DNA of 64,000 nt from the human T2T-CHM13v2.0 reference genome, Homo sapiens, in NCBI RefSeq assembly GCF_009914755.1, contig NC_060935.1; one strand, 5' to 3'. This document shows, piece by piece, positions 14,700 through 31,207 of the stretch. A program made the translations under genes and the position numbers. Position 1 is the stretch's first letter; each line of letters begins with the position of its first letter. The notes beneath the pieces were generated by a model. The model saw nothing but the letters and a program-made list of their open reading frames with translations, was not told the origin of the DNA and searched no databases.

Positions 14700-14998
14700 G
14701 GCCGAGTGCGGTGGCTCATACCTGTAATCCCAACATTTTGGGAAACCAAGGCAGGAAGATCACTTGAGCCTAGTAATCAAGACCAGCCTGGTCAACACAG
14801 TGAGACCCTATCTCTACAAAAAGTAAAAAATTTAGTCAGGTGTGGTGGCATGTGCCTAGCTACTCAGGTCCTAGCTACTCAGGAGGCTCAGGTGGGCGGC
14901 TCACTTGAGCCCAGGAGTTCAAGGCTGTAGTGAGCCATGATTATGCCACTGCATTCCAGCCTGAGTGACAGAGTGAGATCCTGTCTCAGAAAAAAAAG
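14700..14998 (+). mobile_element. AluJ-like
   Basis: Alu body; TSD-like AAAAAGTCATTG on both sides. Confidence 0.85.
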
Positions 14999-15475
14999 TC
15001 ATTGCTGTGTCCCAAATGTCTTGAAGCTGCCACAGCAGTACTGTGACATCTCCCAGTTTCGTTGCCTGGTGATTCTCTCATTTTGAACACAAACCTTTCC
15101 TTGGGAAAGGTGCCAGTATTTTATATAATGGAAATAAAGTTTAAGTAGGGCTATATTATCATTCTTAGTGAGGAATAGACTCCATATTCAGAGGGCCTAA
15201 TAAAGCAGACCCCTACCCAATACCATAGAACAGAGGGTCATTTAAACGGGGATCCTTGCACCCCCAAGAAGCCTGTGATTAAGTTCATGGGTTCCATAAG
15301 CCTTCTGAAATTACATGCAAAATTGAGGGTATGTGCATTTTTCTAGGACAAGGGGTCATAGGTTTTACTGTTCTCAAAGGGGATGTGACCCAAAAGGTCT
15401 AAGACCCATGTGAGGAGTCCTTAGGAAGCCCCTTTCCAGCCATTCTGCTTTACCTAGATCCTCAGGGCTCTTAGT

Positions 15476-15675
15476 CTAACGGGAATTCTTGTTCCACTGA
15501 CATATTGCAAGGCTCTGACTCCGCTTTCTGTGTTCAGCTTCCCCTGGCGGGGTCCGCGGTGGCTTCATGTGGGTTGCTTTCGAGACCAGCTCCTTGGTAG
15601 TCCCCACTACTACAGTTTGTGCTCTCTGCTGTTTGTGATCCTTTTCTTCTTTGCAGATGTTGGAATATCTTGTTC
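15476..15675 (-). CDS. C11orf16: C11orf16 last coding exon (..GTRYSNICKEEK...WNKNSR*)
   Basis: gtttag|GA acceptor; TAG at 15478-15476; total 467 aa. Confidence 0.92.
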
Positions 15676-15705
15676 CTAAACCCAAAAGTCAATTACTTAG
15701 GTTGA

Positions 15706-16149
<444 letters not shown>

Positions 16150-16316
16150 TAGAGAAAAAAATTGTTATCATTTCTGGACCTTATGCTTTTGGGAAACATT
16201 ACCTGATACCCAAGATTTGGAGTTGTGAAGAAGTTATTGGATGTGTCTTCTAAACTGCCAGTAGGGCAAGCAAAGGTAACTGACTGCCACCAGTTAAAGG
16301 AGCTTCGACACCTTCA

Positions 16317-16664
<348 letters not shown>

Positions 16665-17612
16665 TCAAAGGAGGCAGAAAGTACCTCCCTGCCAGCAGCT
16701 CACAATCTGGCCTCCCTAGGACTATTAGGATCTAATTGTAACCTCTCACTGCCTGTAACTGAAAGTAAGGGAAAGTGTGGAGGACAGAGAAACCTATGCA
16801 AGAGCTTTTGTGAGAGGCAAAGCTCAAAATTGAGTGTCAAGCATCAGCACTCGACAGAACGGATATCAAGTCCTGATAGCAAGAACTGATTAAACATCAA
16901 GCATGTTTAGGAGAAGCAAAACAGCACATTTCCTTTAAAAGATACAAAACCTGGAGGGGAGAAAAGCAAAGCTCTGGTGTTTGCCTTGTTTCAGCCCTGA
17001 CCCTGGTTTTCTGTGCTTCTCTTCACTAGTGAGCAGGTAGTCCCACACATGTGGTGAGGGCGGGGGATGGCCATGTCTCCACACCCCCTCTCGGGCATGC
17101 TCTCCATATATTTGGGAACATACTGATGATGCTCATGGGTCAGCCCCAGGAACTTTCCCTAGAGCATAACACAAGATCCAGTATTTAACAGGAAAGCCCG
17201 GCCAAGTACCTGAAGATACTATAGTTATCTTCTTTATAGTCAATTAATAGAATTTATTTCAGGGGAGAAAATAACTTTGGAGTGGATCTCTTTAAATGTG
17301 GTGATGGAGAGAGACTGTAGGTGTAAGTGGCTTTGGGCAGTAGCAGTAAGAGCTGTGTAAACTTAGGGCCAGGGGAAATTTGTTTGGACTTAATCAGGTT
17401 TGGAACCCTTCTAGAGTTTGCTATGGAGCAAGTCACAGCAATGGGAACACAGACGTGGTATCTAGGGTATGTCTGGCCTCCATGGCCCCTCTGGTTGTCC
17501 CTCTCCCCTATGCTGGGCTTGGCACTGTCTCAGTTGCTCCCCACAGACCCCTCTCTGTTGGGTAGGTACAGCTCTTCTTTCTCCAAGCTGTGCTGGAGCA
17601 AGAGGCATTGGG

Positions 17613-17739
17613 AGCTATGGAGAATTTAGCATGAAAACTCTAGAGTTCGGTGCCATCTTCTTTATGCCCTCTCTACAAGTGATAATATAAAGAAAATGGT
17701 GCCAAACTCTAGAGTTTTCATGCTAAATTCTCCATAACT
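17613..17739. repeat. 53-bp inverted repeat with 21-nt spacer
   Basis: 17613-17665 pairs with 17687-17739, 5 mismatches; perfect 32-bp core. Confidence 0.95.
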
Positions 17740-17771
17740 TCATTTCTTTCGAATGGAGAAAGAAACCGGCA

Positions 17772-18065
17772 TTTCTTTCTTTTCTTTTTTTTTATTTTTG
17801 CAGACAGAGTCTCGCTGTGTCGCCCAGGCTGGAGTGTAGTGGCTTACCCTGCCTCCCAGCTTCAACTGATTCTCATACCTCAGCCTCCCAACTAGCTGGG
17901 ATTACAGACGTGCATCACAATGCCTGGCTAATTTTTGTATTTTTAGTAGAGACGGGGTTTCACTTTGTTGGTCAGGCTGGTCTCAAACCCCTGACCTCAA
18001 GTGATCCACCCCCCACCCCCACCCCCCGGCCTCCCAAAGTGCTGGGTGAGCCACTGTGCCCAGCG
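17772..18065 (-). mobile_element. AluS-like with internal deletions
   Basis: Antisense Alu body. Confidence 0.8.
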
Positions 18066-18328
18066 AAATCGCCATTTCTGAGTGGCTGCTGCCAAGGCTT
18101 GCCATTGCAAGATTGGAGTAACCCATTTCACAGAAGCCCAGGACCCACCTCCCCATTTTATGTTTTCAATACAAAGTTTCCTCCTGGAGAGTGGAGGAAG
18201 AGCACAGCTGGGCCTATGAGAGATAGGGGAAAAATCCTCATATAAAATCCAAGTGCAGCAGACACACTCCTCCCCACCCCTCCCAAAGCCCAGGGGTTCA
18301 GAGGAGTCACCAGGAAAGCTTCTCATTA

Positions 18329-18745
<417 letters not shown>

Positions 18746-19621
18746 TCAGTGGCTGTCCTAGAAATAGGGCTATGGTTTCAACCAGGGACCCCCAGTGGGT
18801 CCCAGTGTGGGCAGTGCCTAGAGATCTAAGCCCTTAGCAGTGGTGTTCCTTCACCTCACAGCCTCCCTGCCCCAGATACGTTCAGTGACCCCAGGACTCC
18901 CAGAATCTTGTCAAGGGCCAGACTTTTCCAGGCCACCTCCTTCACACAGCTCTGACAGGCTTCTGCTCTTTCCAGACTCCGTTGGGAATTTAGATAGGAT
19001 GGGCTCCCCGAACCTAGCAGGGCCCGCCACACAGTTCTCAGCTGGAGGCGATGCAGTGTGGGGCTGGCTGCAGACTGCCAGCAGCAACAGGACACGGCTT
19101 CCCTGTTGGCCATGAGGGATAAGAAGCACATCGCAGTGCCCGGGTCCTCCCCGCTCACTTACTGAGGGAACCAGCAGGAGAGTGGGGCCTCACGACCAAT
19201 GCTCAAGACCAGTTTCTATGCTTCAGTGCATCAACTCTGATCAACACCTGGAGGCATTTGGACTGTTCATCTAGAGAAAAACCAAGGCCTCCAAGAAAAA
19301 AGGAGGAGACTAAAAACAGACAATGGCAGTGCTCTATCAGTAGAGACTAGTGAAGAAAGAAAAAGGCAGGTATTAAATAGGGATGCAACCTTAGCACAAA
19401 GATCAGTTCATCCTTCTGCTCCTTTGGGCCTCATAGCTGAAATGGAAACCTGCTATTTCCCTCTTGCCACAGCCTCCTCTTCAGCATGACCAGACTCCCA
19501 AGGATTACTGCAGTCCCAACAGAGTGGACACGTGCATCAAATTCCTAAGGGACATGTGGGATGGAAGGGAGGCGGGGCCCCAGCCCCTGCCTTAGAAAGC
19601 AAGCCCACTCCCCTGGTATAC

Positions 19622-20266
19622 CTGGCTTCCCAGGGCATGGCTCAGGCCCGTTTCTCTTCCAATACCTCCACTCAGGCTGGCAGAGGCCACTCTGTCTCAG
19701 AGGCATCTCAAGAAAGATGGGATCTGTGTTGACTGCACTGTTCACCATCAGTCTCTGGGGAGGGCCCATCTCCAGATCATTCTCCACACCGTCTTGTTCA
19801 CAGGAGGAGGATGAGGAGGAAGAAACAGCCAGGGGAGCGTGCATTGCTACTTTCTCCTCTTTAGGACCTTCCAGGGGCAAAAGCTGTGCTGTGGCCTCCA
19901 ACTCTGGAAGTTCTCTGGCCATGACTTCTGAGGTCCTGGTTAGAGGCCACCAAGTCGTGCCACATGGCGGGCAGCCACAGAGGCAGCCCTGGCACAGTAG
20001 CTGGCAGCAGGCATGATGGTGGCAGAGAGGGCACAGGAATGGAGCATCCGGAGGAAGCTCATTAGTGATGCGCCCAGTGATTGGCCCTAGCAGAGAGCAG
20101 CAAGGGGCCCAGTGAAGGGGCCTGGGGTGCTCCCTGGTGAAAGACTTGTGCAGCCTCTCCACAGCCTTCTTCCAGATGGTCAGGGACACCGACTGGACCC
20201 CACCTAGGGGCACTTTAGCAGCTTTGCCATTCCAGAAATGAACAGTGATTTCTTTTTCCTTTGATG
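19622..20266 (-). CDS. C11orf16: C11orf16 coding exon 4 (645 nt; Cys/His-rich and Ser-rich segments)
   Basis: atgtag|CA ... CCA G|gtatac; matches ORF 19545..20213; phase 1-1. Confidence 0.92.
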
Positions 20267-20315
20267 CTACATAACAAAAAATGGCAACATTTTGTTATAA
20301 TTACCAATTATCTCC

Positions 20316-20479
<164 letters not shown>

Positions 20480-21098
20480 TGATCATGGGATAAAGCCTCT
20501 CCTACCCACACAGGCAAAGGCAGAGCTTCAGCCTGGCCCCGCTGCTCTGGCTGCGTGGCTCCTCACATGCACCTCTCCGTGGAGAGCCTGCCAGGAACAT
20601 CCTTCACCTGCACCATAGTTACCTCCACTTCCCAAGGACTTGCCTGAGCCTCCCTGCCTCCTGGACTATGGTGGCCTGCAGGGGCTCACTTTTCTTGTCA
20701 AAACCAAAATGCATTCTCAGTAGAAGCCTCATTCTGTCATTCTCTGAATTACAATGGTGCTGACTGACCCTGCAGAAGAGGACTGTCTGGTCCCTGGAGG
20801 ACCTGGTGAGGGCTGGGTTGTGAGTAGCTAAACCATGGTTTAGCTAACCAACATAGATATGAGAGTTTTAGGCCATTTACCCTGATTACAATTTTTTTTT
20901 TAATAATCTGAAAGATACACTGTGCATCTTGAGGCATCTGTTGCTGCCCTCAAGATTAAGCAGCAAGCAAGGGGGAAAAATTCTCTTCTTAATGCCTTAG
21001 AAACCCCTAAGCTGTAGACGCAGCCTTGGCTCTCTCCTCTGGCCTGATTACAGCCTGGCTCCTTCTGGGCACTGATGGGTCAGAGCAGCTTCTCTTAC

Positions 21099-21333
21099 CT
21101 CTCTGGGGATCTCTCATCTCCAAGCCCAAAAGAACAGTGCCAGGGCCATACTGCTGTTGGCCTGGCTCCCAGAGTGCCAGCACCTTATCCCCTGGTCTCA
21201 GTGAGTATCCTACAGATGGTGAGAGAGGAATGACATCCTCTTCTAAGACCACTCTCTGCTGCTGGGCTGGCAGCTTTGGGCCTGCGACAAGTGGAGCCTC
21301 GAATTCCACAAGCAGGACCCCCTGTCTCTCCAG
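21099..21333 (-). CDS. C11orf16: C11orf16 coding exon 3 (LERQGVLLVEFE...MRDPQR)
   Basis: cccacag|CTG ... AGA G|gtaaga. Confidence 0.93.
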
Positions 21334-22061
21334 CTGTGGGAAAGAAAACACTCAGAATAAGACCTGGCATTACAAAGTACAATAGGGAGCACCCAGGTTC
21401 CCTACGATGCCCCCCAAATCAGGCCCAGGGGCTGCCTTCCAAACAGTGACAGGCACCTAAAGAAGGGACAGGGCAGATGCTGCTTCAAGCCAGTCAAAGC
21501 CAAGACAGGCAGGCTGTGTGGCACGGTTGTGCTCCCCTGAATCTCTTCCTGCCTCGGGCAACTCTTGTGGATCACTTCCTGCCTCTGCCTTTCCATTCCC
21601 TTCCTTTGCCTGGTTTTCTTTCCTCCTACCAAATTTTTGACCTGCAATTGCCAGGAGTTACCTGGGTCCTCCCTGGACCTTTTCTCAATGCAATCTCCTC
21701 CTTCCAGCACCCCCAAGAAGCGTCGCTCCTGTGTCCAAGACCAACCAGGGATGTGTCCAAGACCAACAGGATGGTTGTTCACCTATGAGGCTCATGTAGG
21801 CAAGGAGCGATTGTGGCCACAGAGCTGCCCTCAGCACTGCCCTTGCAGTCAACGAGGAAAGGGTTAGCTAAGCAAATGAATAGCAAAAGTGAGAGAACAG
21901 TGCTGCAGCTACTTAAAAGTACAAGCTGTTTCAAGTACTCTGTGATTTAGAAGAGAAATAAACTCTGGTTATAAATTATTTTTACCAAATCACTGGACAG
22001 AACCTATATTTGAGCAAAGCTTTGCTAGAATTTCATTTTAATTCACATATTAGTTACTTGA

Positions 22062-22379
<318 letters not shown>

Positions 22380-22673
22380 TGATTGGAAATTCTGAAATTC
22401 ATATTTTTAAAGAATTTACACTAGTCTTCCCTTCATGAATCTACATTCACAAAGTAAGTCTGACTCTGAAAAAAAGAAAAAAAAAAGAAGTGAGTAGCCA
22501 CTGAAGTACAGGCCAGGCCTGGCCCCCAGCATGGCGAGAGTGTGCTTCTCTGTACCAGCACACACCCATGCATGTGAGCAAACATATCTCGTTCCACCTT
22601 TCCCTTAGGCTAGTGTTCATTCAACACACTGAATTTTCCGCAACAAAGTACTTTTAAAGTACACTTTCTTCTC

Positions 22674-23378
<705 letters not shown>

Positions 23379-23535
23379 CTCAATGGTATTACATGTTCAC
23401 TTCTACAACATGGCCATGGGAGAGCTGTGCTTATGCAAGAAACCAGCCTGCTAGATGTACACAGCTAAGGCATGTCAGGTATGACAAGGCCACCCAGAGG
23501 AGCACGCCAGGGAGATACTGGGGTCAGGGACTTGC

Positions 23536-23692
23536 CTCGGGAGTGGCCTTTATTTGGGCCCGGTAGTAAAAACCATCTGCTTCCCTTCTTGCTAGGACCC
23601 ATGTGTTGGCAGCATCTCCAGCTCTTCCCAGCCAGCCAGGCCCCTGCCATGCTGGGTCGGCAACGTGGAGACATGGGCAAGAAGAGGCATGC
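23536..23692 (-). CDS. C11orf16: C11orf16 coding exon 2 (HASSCPC...VLARREADGFYYRAQIKATPE), GC donor
   Basis: tttccag|G; GAG|GCAAGT donor gives the in-frame join to the next exon. Confidence 0.9.
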
Positions 23693-24006
23693 CTGGAAAA
23701 AAGCAAATGGAATTAGTGGATAGAGAGCAACAAGCCCTAAACACATCAAGAAACACGTTTCGCAGGTACATCTGAGGTACACCACAGCACATGAGGCATG
23801 CGGAACAGAAATCCATATGGAAAGTGGCAATCTATGACTTCCGGAAGGATAAGGTAAACCTCCGGGAGGGGCAGAAGGAGAGGACAGTGAAGGGAACCAT
23901 CCTTGGTGGATTGGGAGTTGGTTCAAGGCAACCAAAATGTAATTCGCCTTGATACATTCAAGTTAATTGATGCTTGTTCCTACACTAGACAACAGACTGG
24001 AAAAGT

Positions 24007-24619
<613 letters not shown>

Positions 24620-25368
24620 TCAATCCTAAGGCGGCGTGTGGGATTCCAGGATGAGGCGTGGAAGCTTGGATAGTAATGCCGAGGGTGTGAAATTGTAATG
24701 CCACTTGATGCTGTGGGGTCAGAGGGATGAGGAAGTGTTTGGGCAGGGACAACCCAGAGGAGCTAAGGGGCTGTGGGACAGAAAAAGGAGATGCTAGTTC
24801 CAGAAAATGTTGTGGTCAGGGCCAGTTGGCCTAGGGGAGTTGTTGAGTCAGGGTTTGGGTTTTTGAAGAAGCCATTTTACTTTGTGGGCAAGGCTGAATG
24901 CAAAGGGGGCCTGTCTGCCTCCTGCTGCCATCAACATGCCGTCACTGCACCCAGGCTGTTCGTGCTGAGGAGCTCCTGCAGACCCATGCTGAGCTGCCCT
25001 CAGCCCCCCTCAGCCTCCTTCCTGTGCTTGTTGGCATCTAAAGTCCCATGCTTAACTCTAGCCTTGAACAGGATGGTCCACCGGGTGGATCACGAAAGGG
25101 AGCCATTAAGGATCTTTCAAGCTGGCATGTCCCTAATGTGGGCAGAATGGATCAGGCAGCAGGAATGCGAGTCCCTGGAGATGACACGCTCCACATGTGT
25201 ATATAGGGCTGTGGTGCCTTTGGCCTCTTGTATCCACGCTTTAGAAAGCAGACTGAGGATCCTATTCAGGAAAATCCTGGACAAAGGAGGGGTACCGAGG
25301 GAACCTGAAGAGGGACCTGGAGACCCCACATTAGCTGATTTCTCATATGGTGGCTGAGCAAGTCTCAT

Positions 25369-25986
<618 letters not shown>

Positions 25987-26298
25987 AAGTCTCAGCATTG
26001 ATGGTAAAATGAGCTATAAACTTGGTAACTGGCTATCCCTAACTGCCTTCTCTTACTCATGCCAACTGCAGCATCTGCAACTCTGCTAAAGCCAGATCAA
26101 CCCTGGAGGGCTCTGGGAGCACAATGTAGGCTGGAGTGACAGACCCCACACAGATATGCCAATCATAGGCCAAACAATGAAGACCCCTTTCCACCTTCTC
26201 AGGAAGCAAGTCTGTCCACCAAGGTCTACCACCAACAGCCAAGAACAAAGGAAAAAGAAAAGGGCATCCACTTCCCCCAGAGGGGCAGAGACAGGTAC

Positions 26299-26465
26299 CT
26301 TGCAAGGGGCTTGTGCCCGGTGAGCCAGGGTGCTTGGAGGGCAAAGGGGTAGGTGAAGGAGAGGTCCCAAGGTGGAGCAGCACCGTCCCAGCCAGGGGCC
26401 TTCAGGCTTGTGGCCACGCTGCAGTATTTGAGCAAAGGCATCCTGGGCCCCGTGGAGGATTCCAT
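26299..26465 (-). CDS. C11orf16: C11orf16 coding exon 1 (MESSTGPRMPLLKYCSV...HKPLA)
   Basis: Kozak gccATGG at 26465; acceptor ttctcag|G at 26484/26483; donor AG|gtacct. Confidence 0.92.
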
Positions 26466-27057
26466 GGCCTTCAGAGGATCCACCTGAGAATAGGCACCAC
26501 CATTACCTGAGCTGCAGCTTGAAGCAAGCAGTGGCCACCGGGGCGAGGCAGGGCTCAGCTCTGCAGTTAGCTGCCTCTGGGGACAGTTGAGTCCATGCAC
26601 GGCCCTACCTGCTCCCACAAACTCTCACAGTTTCCTCTTTGAGTCACCTGCCTTGGGAACCTCCACTCAGGAAACAGGGAAGGGATTGGAAGAGCAAGTG
26701 CTGTGAGTTTAGAGCAGCCCAGCTTTAAATCCTCCCCTACAGCCTGCTGGCTGTGTGCTCACTTAACCTCTGCTCTCCAGTTACACTCAGGATAGAATAC
26801 ATGGAAAGCACCTGGCGTATTCAGCAGCTCAACTTATGTTAGTATTTTTCCTCCTTCCTCCTCCCCGGCCACCTACAAGGCTAGTTCTGGCCTCAGGCAA
26901 GCTGAGATCTCAGGGCCGTCCATCCCCTTTCCAGCCCTGTTCAGAGGAGACAGCTGCCACCAGGGCCCAAGATCAAGCCGCACTGCTGCAGCCCACCAGA
27001 GCCCCGTGAGGGTCTGCCCCTGCCCAAGTCCACAGGTCTGACCCCACAAGGACTTAC

Positions 27058-27130
27058 CCACAGCCCCAAACTCCCAGCCTCCACCTCAGCCTCAGGCTCC
27101 TTCTGACAGTTGGGGCTCAGGGTCTCAGCC
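27058..27130 (-). other. C11orf16: C11orf16 non-coding exon 1 (TSS approximate)
   Basis: Strong donor TGG|gtaagt at 27058/27057. Confidence 0.6.
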
Positions 27131-28099
27131 CAACCGACTCCTGGTTGCCACGCCGGTTACCATGGGTGCAGCCTGGGGACGCTGTCGTCTGTGGCCAGTG
27201 AGTGCACCGAGCATGCGGAGAGGGGGACAGGAGGCCTTGGGAGGTAGGGGTGGGGCAGGAAGTGATGGGGGAGGGGGTGTTCTCCAGGTTTCCCTTTGGA
27301 GAGAAGAGGAGGAGGAAGAAGGGAAAAAGGCCAGTGTAGCCTCAGTTCTCCAAAGCTCAGGCTGCTCCACTGCTGGAAGAGTCAGTGGTGGTGGGAAGCC
27401 CTCACGGATCCCAGGAGACTCCTGTGAGGGAGGAGCCACCTCCGCAGAAACTGAGGGCGTCCTCCCTGTACACACTAGAGGCAGGAATGGGGGAGCCACT
27501 GGCGGCCTGGGGACTCTAGGATAGAATTTGTCCCTAGTCTAAACCAAAATAACCAAAGGTGTGGGCCTGTTTGTCTATAACAGGCAGGACTCTGTTGAGG
27601 AGCAGAGGTGTTGTGACCATTTGGAGTGAGAGGTGTGGACACTGGCAACAAAGGAACAGAAGTCCAGATTCTGCTTGTGGGAGGGGCTCGTATTTGGAGG
27701 CCTCTGCCAGTCACTGTGCACTGGTTATATGCCTGGTATGCAGGCACGTTTGGATGTGTCTCCCCCACATTCATACCCCGCTTCTACCAGGTCCTGTTTC
27801 AGTTGGCAGATCCATGTGGATAGGGAGGCCAAAGTACCCACCTCCAGGGGTAGAGTGGGTGTCAGTCACCCCTTCCATCCCTGTCTGGCCCCAGGGGTTG
27901 GTCAGGCAGTGGCGTGTTCCTGAACCTCTCCAATCAGCAGGAATCTGGAGACTTTGGTTGGGAATCCTGGGATATAGGCTTTCTCTTTCTTCCTATGCCT
28001 GAATAAGAAAGCTGATAGTTCTGAGAGCCTCTGACAGCCTTTTGGGAACACTGAAGCTATTCCCAGAGAAAGAGAGGATAGACCTCAGGAAATAGAGGG

Positions 28100-28225
28100 T
28101 TGGTTTGTTTGTTTGTTTTGAGACAGGGTTGCCCAGGCTGGCCTCAAACTCCTGGGCTCAAGGGATGCTTTTGCCTCAGTCTTCCAAGGAGCTCGGACTA
28201 CAGCCATGCACCCCAACGCCCAGCT
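28100..28225 (-). mobile_element. FLAM-like Alu monomer
   Basis: Single arm with (TTTG)n tail. Confidence 0.75.
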
Positions 28226-28249
28226 GAAAATAGGTTCTCGGTGACAGTA

Positions 28250-28378
28250 CTGAGTCCTGCCTGCAGGCAGTGCTGCTACTCTAGGCCTCAGCTCTGTGAG
28301 CCAATAATTCCCCTTATTGATTATGCCACTCTGGATTGGGCTGTTTCTTACTTGCAACCAAAAGCCTCTTAACTGATG
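28250..28378 (+). mobile_element. Old MLT1-type LTR 3' fragment
   Basis: gtgagccaataattcccc...cttgcaaccaaaagcctcttaactga. Confidence 0.65.
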
Positions 28379-28484
28379 ACTGCCCTCCCGAAGCATCACT
28401 TCATAGTCAGGAGAATGACTGCTGCCCAGGACCGTATACCAAGGCGGAGTTATTTGGCACACAAAGAGTCTAAGAAAGACCCAT

Positions 28485-28878
<394 letters not shown>

Positions 28879-29529
28879 TTAGGTAGGAAGTAAGAGAGAA
28901 GAGAGAAGGATACATTTGCGAGACTGTGATTTTCTGTTTGGGGGAAATGGGTTCAGCACATGCAAAATCACATTGAACTTGCTTAGGAGTCACATTAAAG
29001 CAGACTCACATCAGAGTGTGGGTGTGAGAGTAATCCTGCTTATAGATTACAGAGGCATCATCGCTAATCCCATCAGATGTTATCTTGCATATAGGAAAAG
29101 GCCAAAACTCGGGTCATTTATCTTTTAAGGAATGTAGTGACTCAGGCAGGAGATGACGGGGTGGAGGAGGGAGAGGGGCGTGTACTCTGTCCTGTCGTGT
29201 CTTCAAAGCTTCTTTCTGAAGAGCGAAAGAGCTGCCTGCGGTAAGAGTCAGGGGCTTTGTGAAATGTTGCTGGCAAGGAGAAATGAGAAAACACGGCTTC
29301 TTATGTTTGCTGCTTTGTTTTGCAGTAGGGAGCTTTGAAAACTAAGCTGATAAATTTAAACAAGGTGGCGTTCAGAAGGAAGTCATCAGGCAGCTTAAGC
29401 GATGAAGTGACATGAAATACCTTCAGAGAGAGTGAGGGTGGAGCCTGTTGAGAACGCATCCCAAGAGGCCAGACAGGAGACTGCTACCAATAACCCAGAC
29501 ACAGGTGACGGGATTGGAATAAGAAAACA

Positions 29530-29960
29530 GTGACAACAGATATTCACCGACACCTTCCTGATTTGAGGCTCTTTGCTGGGTACTAGGAATAGAAGATGAA
29601 TAAGGCTGGATGAATTATCTTCAAGGAGCTTGCAGTCTACTGAAGAAGACAGAGATAGGTGTGTAAAGTGTCTAAAGATAGCAGGATAGCAACCACAAGA
29701 GAAATATTTATACAAAATAAAGGAAGAAGTAACGGCTAGGATAGGAAGTTGGAGAAGACTTCATAGAGGCATAGCAGTGGAGAGGAGTGTGATAGACAGT
29801 GTGGGATAGGTCACTGACTGGGCCTTGGGACAGATGGGACCTGGGAGTTAAAGGAGAAGGAAGAGCTGAAGCTGGCCATGGAAGCAGAAATAGACACACT
29901 TTGAAGGCAGACCCCAAGATACGGGGCAGGGACTGTCCTTCCCAGGTATGAAGGAAAGGC
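29530..29960 (-). mobile_element. L2 fragment
   Basis: caacagatatt..., ttcaaggagcttgcagtcta motifs. Confidence 0.5.
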
Positions 29961-30051
29961 CTGGCAGCTCCAAGTTTTCTAGCTTAGAGAACCTAGAGAA
30001 TGGTGATGCTATGGACAAAACAAGATAATGATAATAATAATCAGTAATGAT

Positions 30052-30474
30052 GGCCAGCCACAGTGGCTCACACCTGTAATCCCAACACTTTAGAAGGCAG
30101 GGGTGGGAGGATTGGTTGAGGCTAGGAGTTCGAGACCAGCCTGGGCAACATAGCAAGACCCCATCTCTAAAAAAAATGTTTTTGGCTGGGAGTGGTGTCT
30201 CATGCCTGTAATCCCACCACTTTGGGAGGCCGAGGCAGGTGGATCATGAGGTCAGGAGTTCAAGACCAGCCTGGCCAACATAGTGAAACCCCATCTCTAC
30301 TAAAAATACAAAAAAAACTAGCTGGGTGTGGTGGTGGGTGCCTGTAATCCCAGCTACTCGGGAGGCTGAGGCAGAGAATTGCTTGAACCCAGGAGGCGGA
30401 GGTTGCAGTGAGCTGAGATTGCATTACTACACTCCAGCCTGGGCAGCAGAGTGAGACTCCATCTCAAAAAAAAA
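30052..30474 (+). mobile_element. Alu monomer plus AluSg-like
   Basis: Monomer 30052-30177, full Alu 30184-30474. Confidence 0.85.
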
Positions 30475-30491
30475 GTTTTTAATCATTATGA

Positions 30492-31207
<716 letters not shown>

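Noticed and set aside
24773-25357. 194-aa ORF antisense to a C11orf16 intron
   Set aside because: GTG start, no recognisable domain, no supporting gene structure
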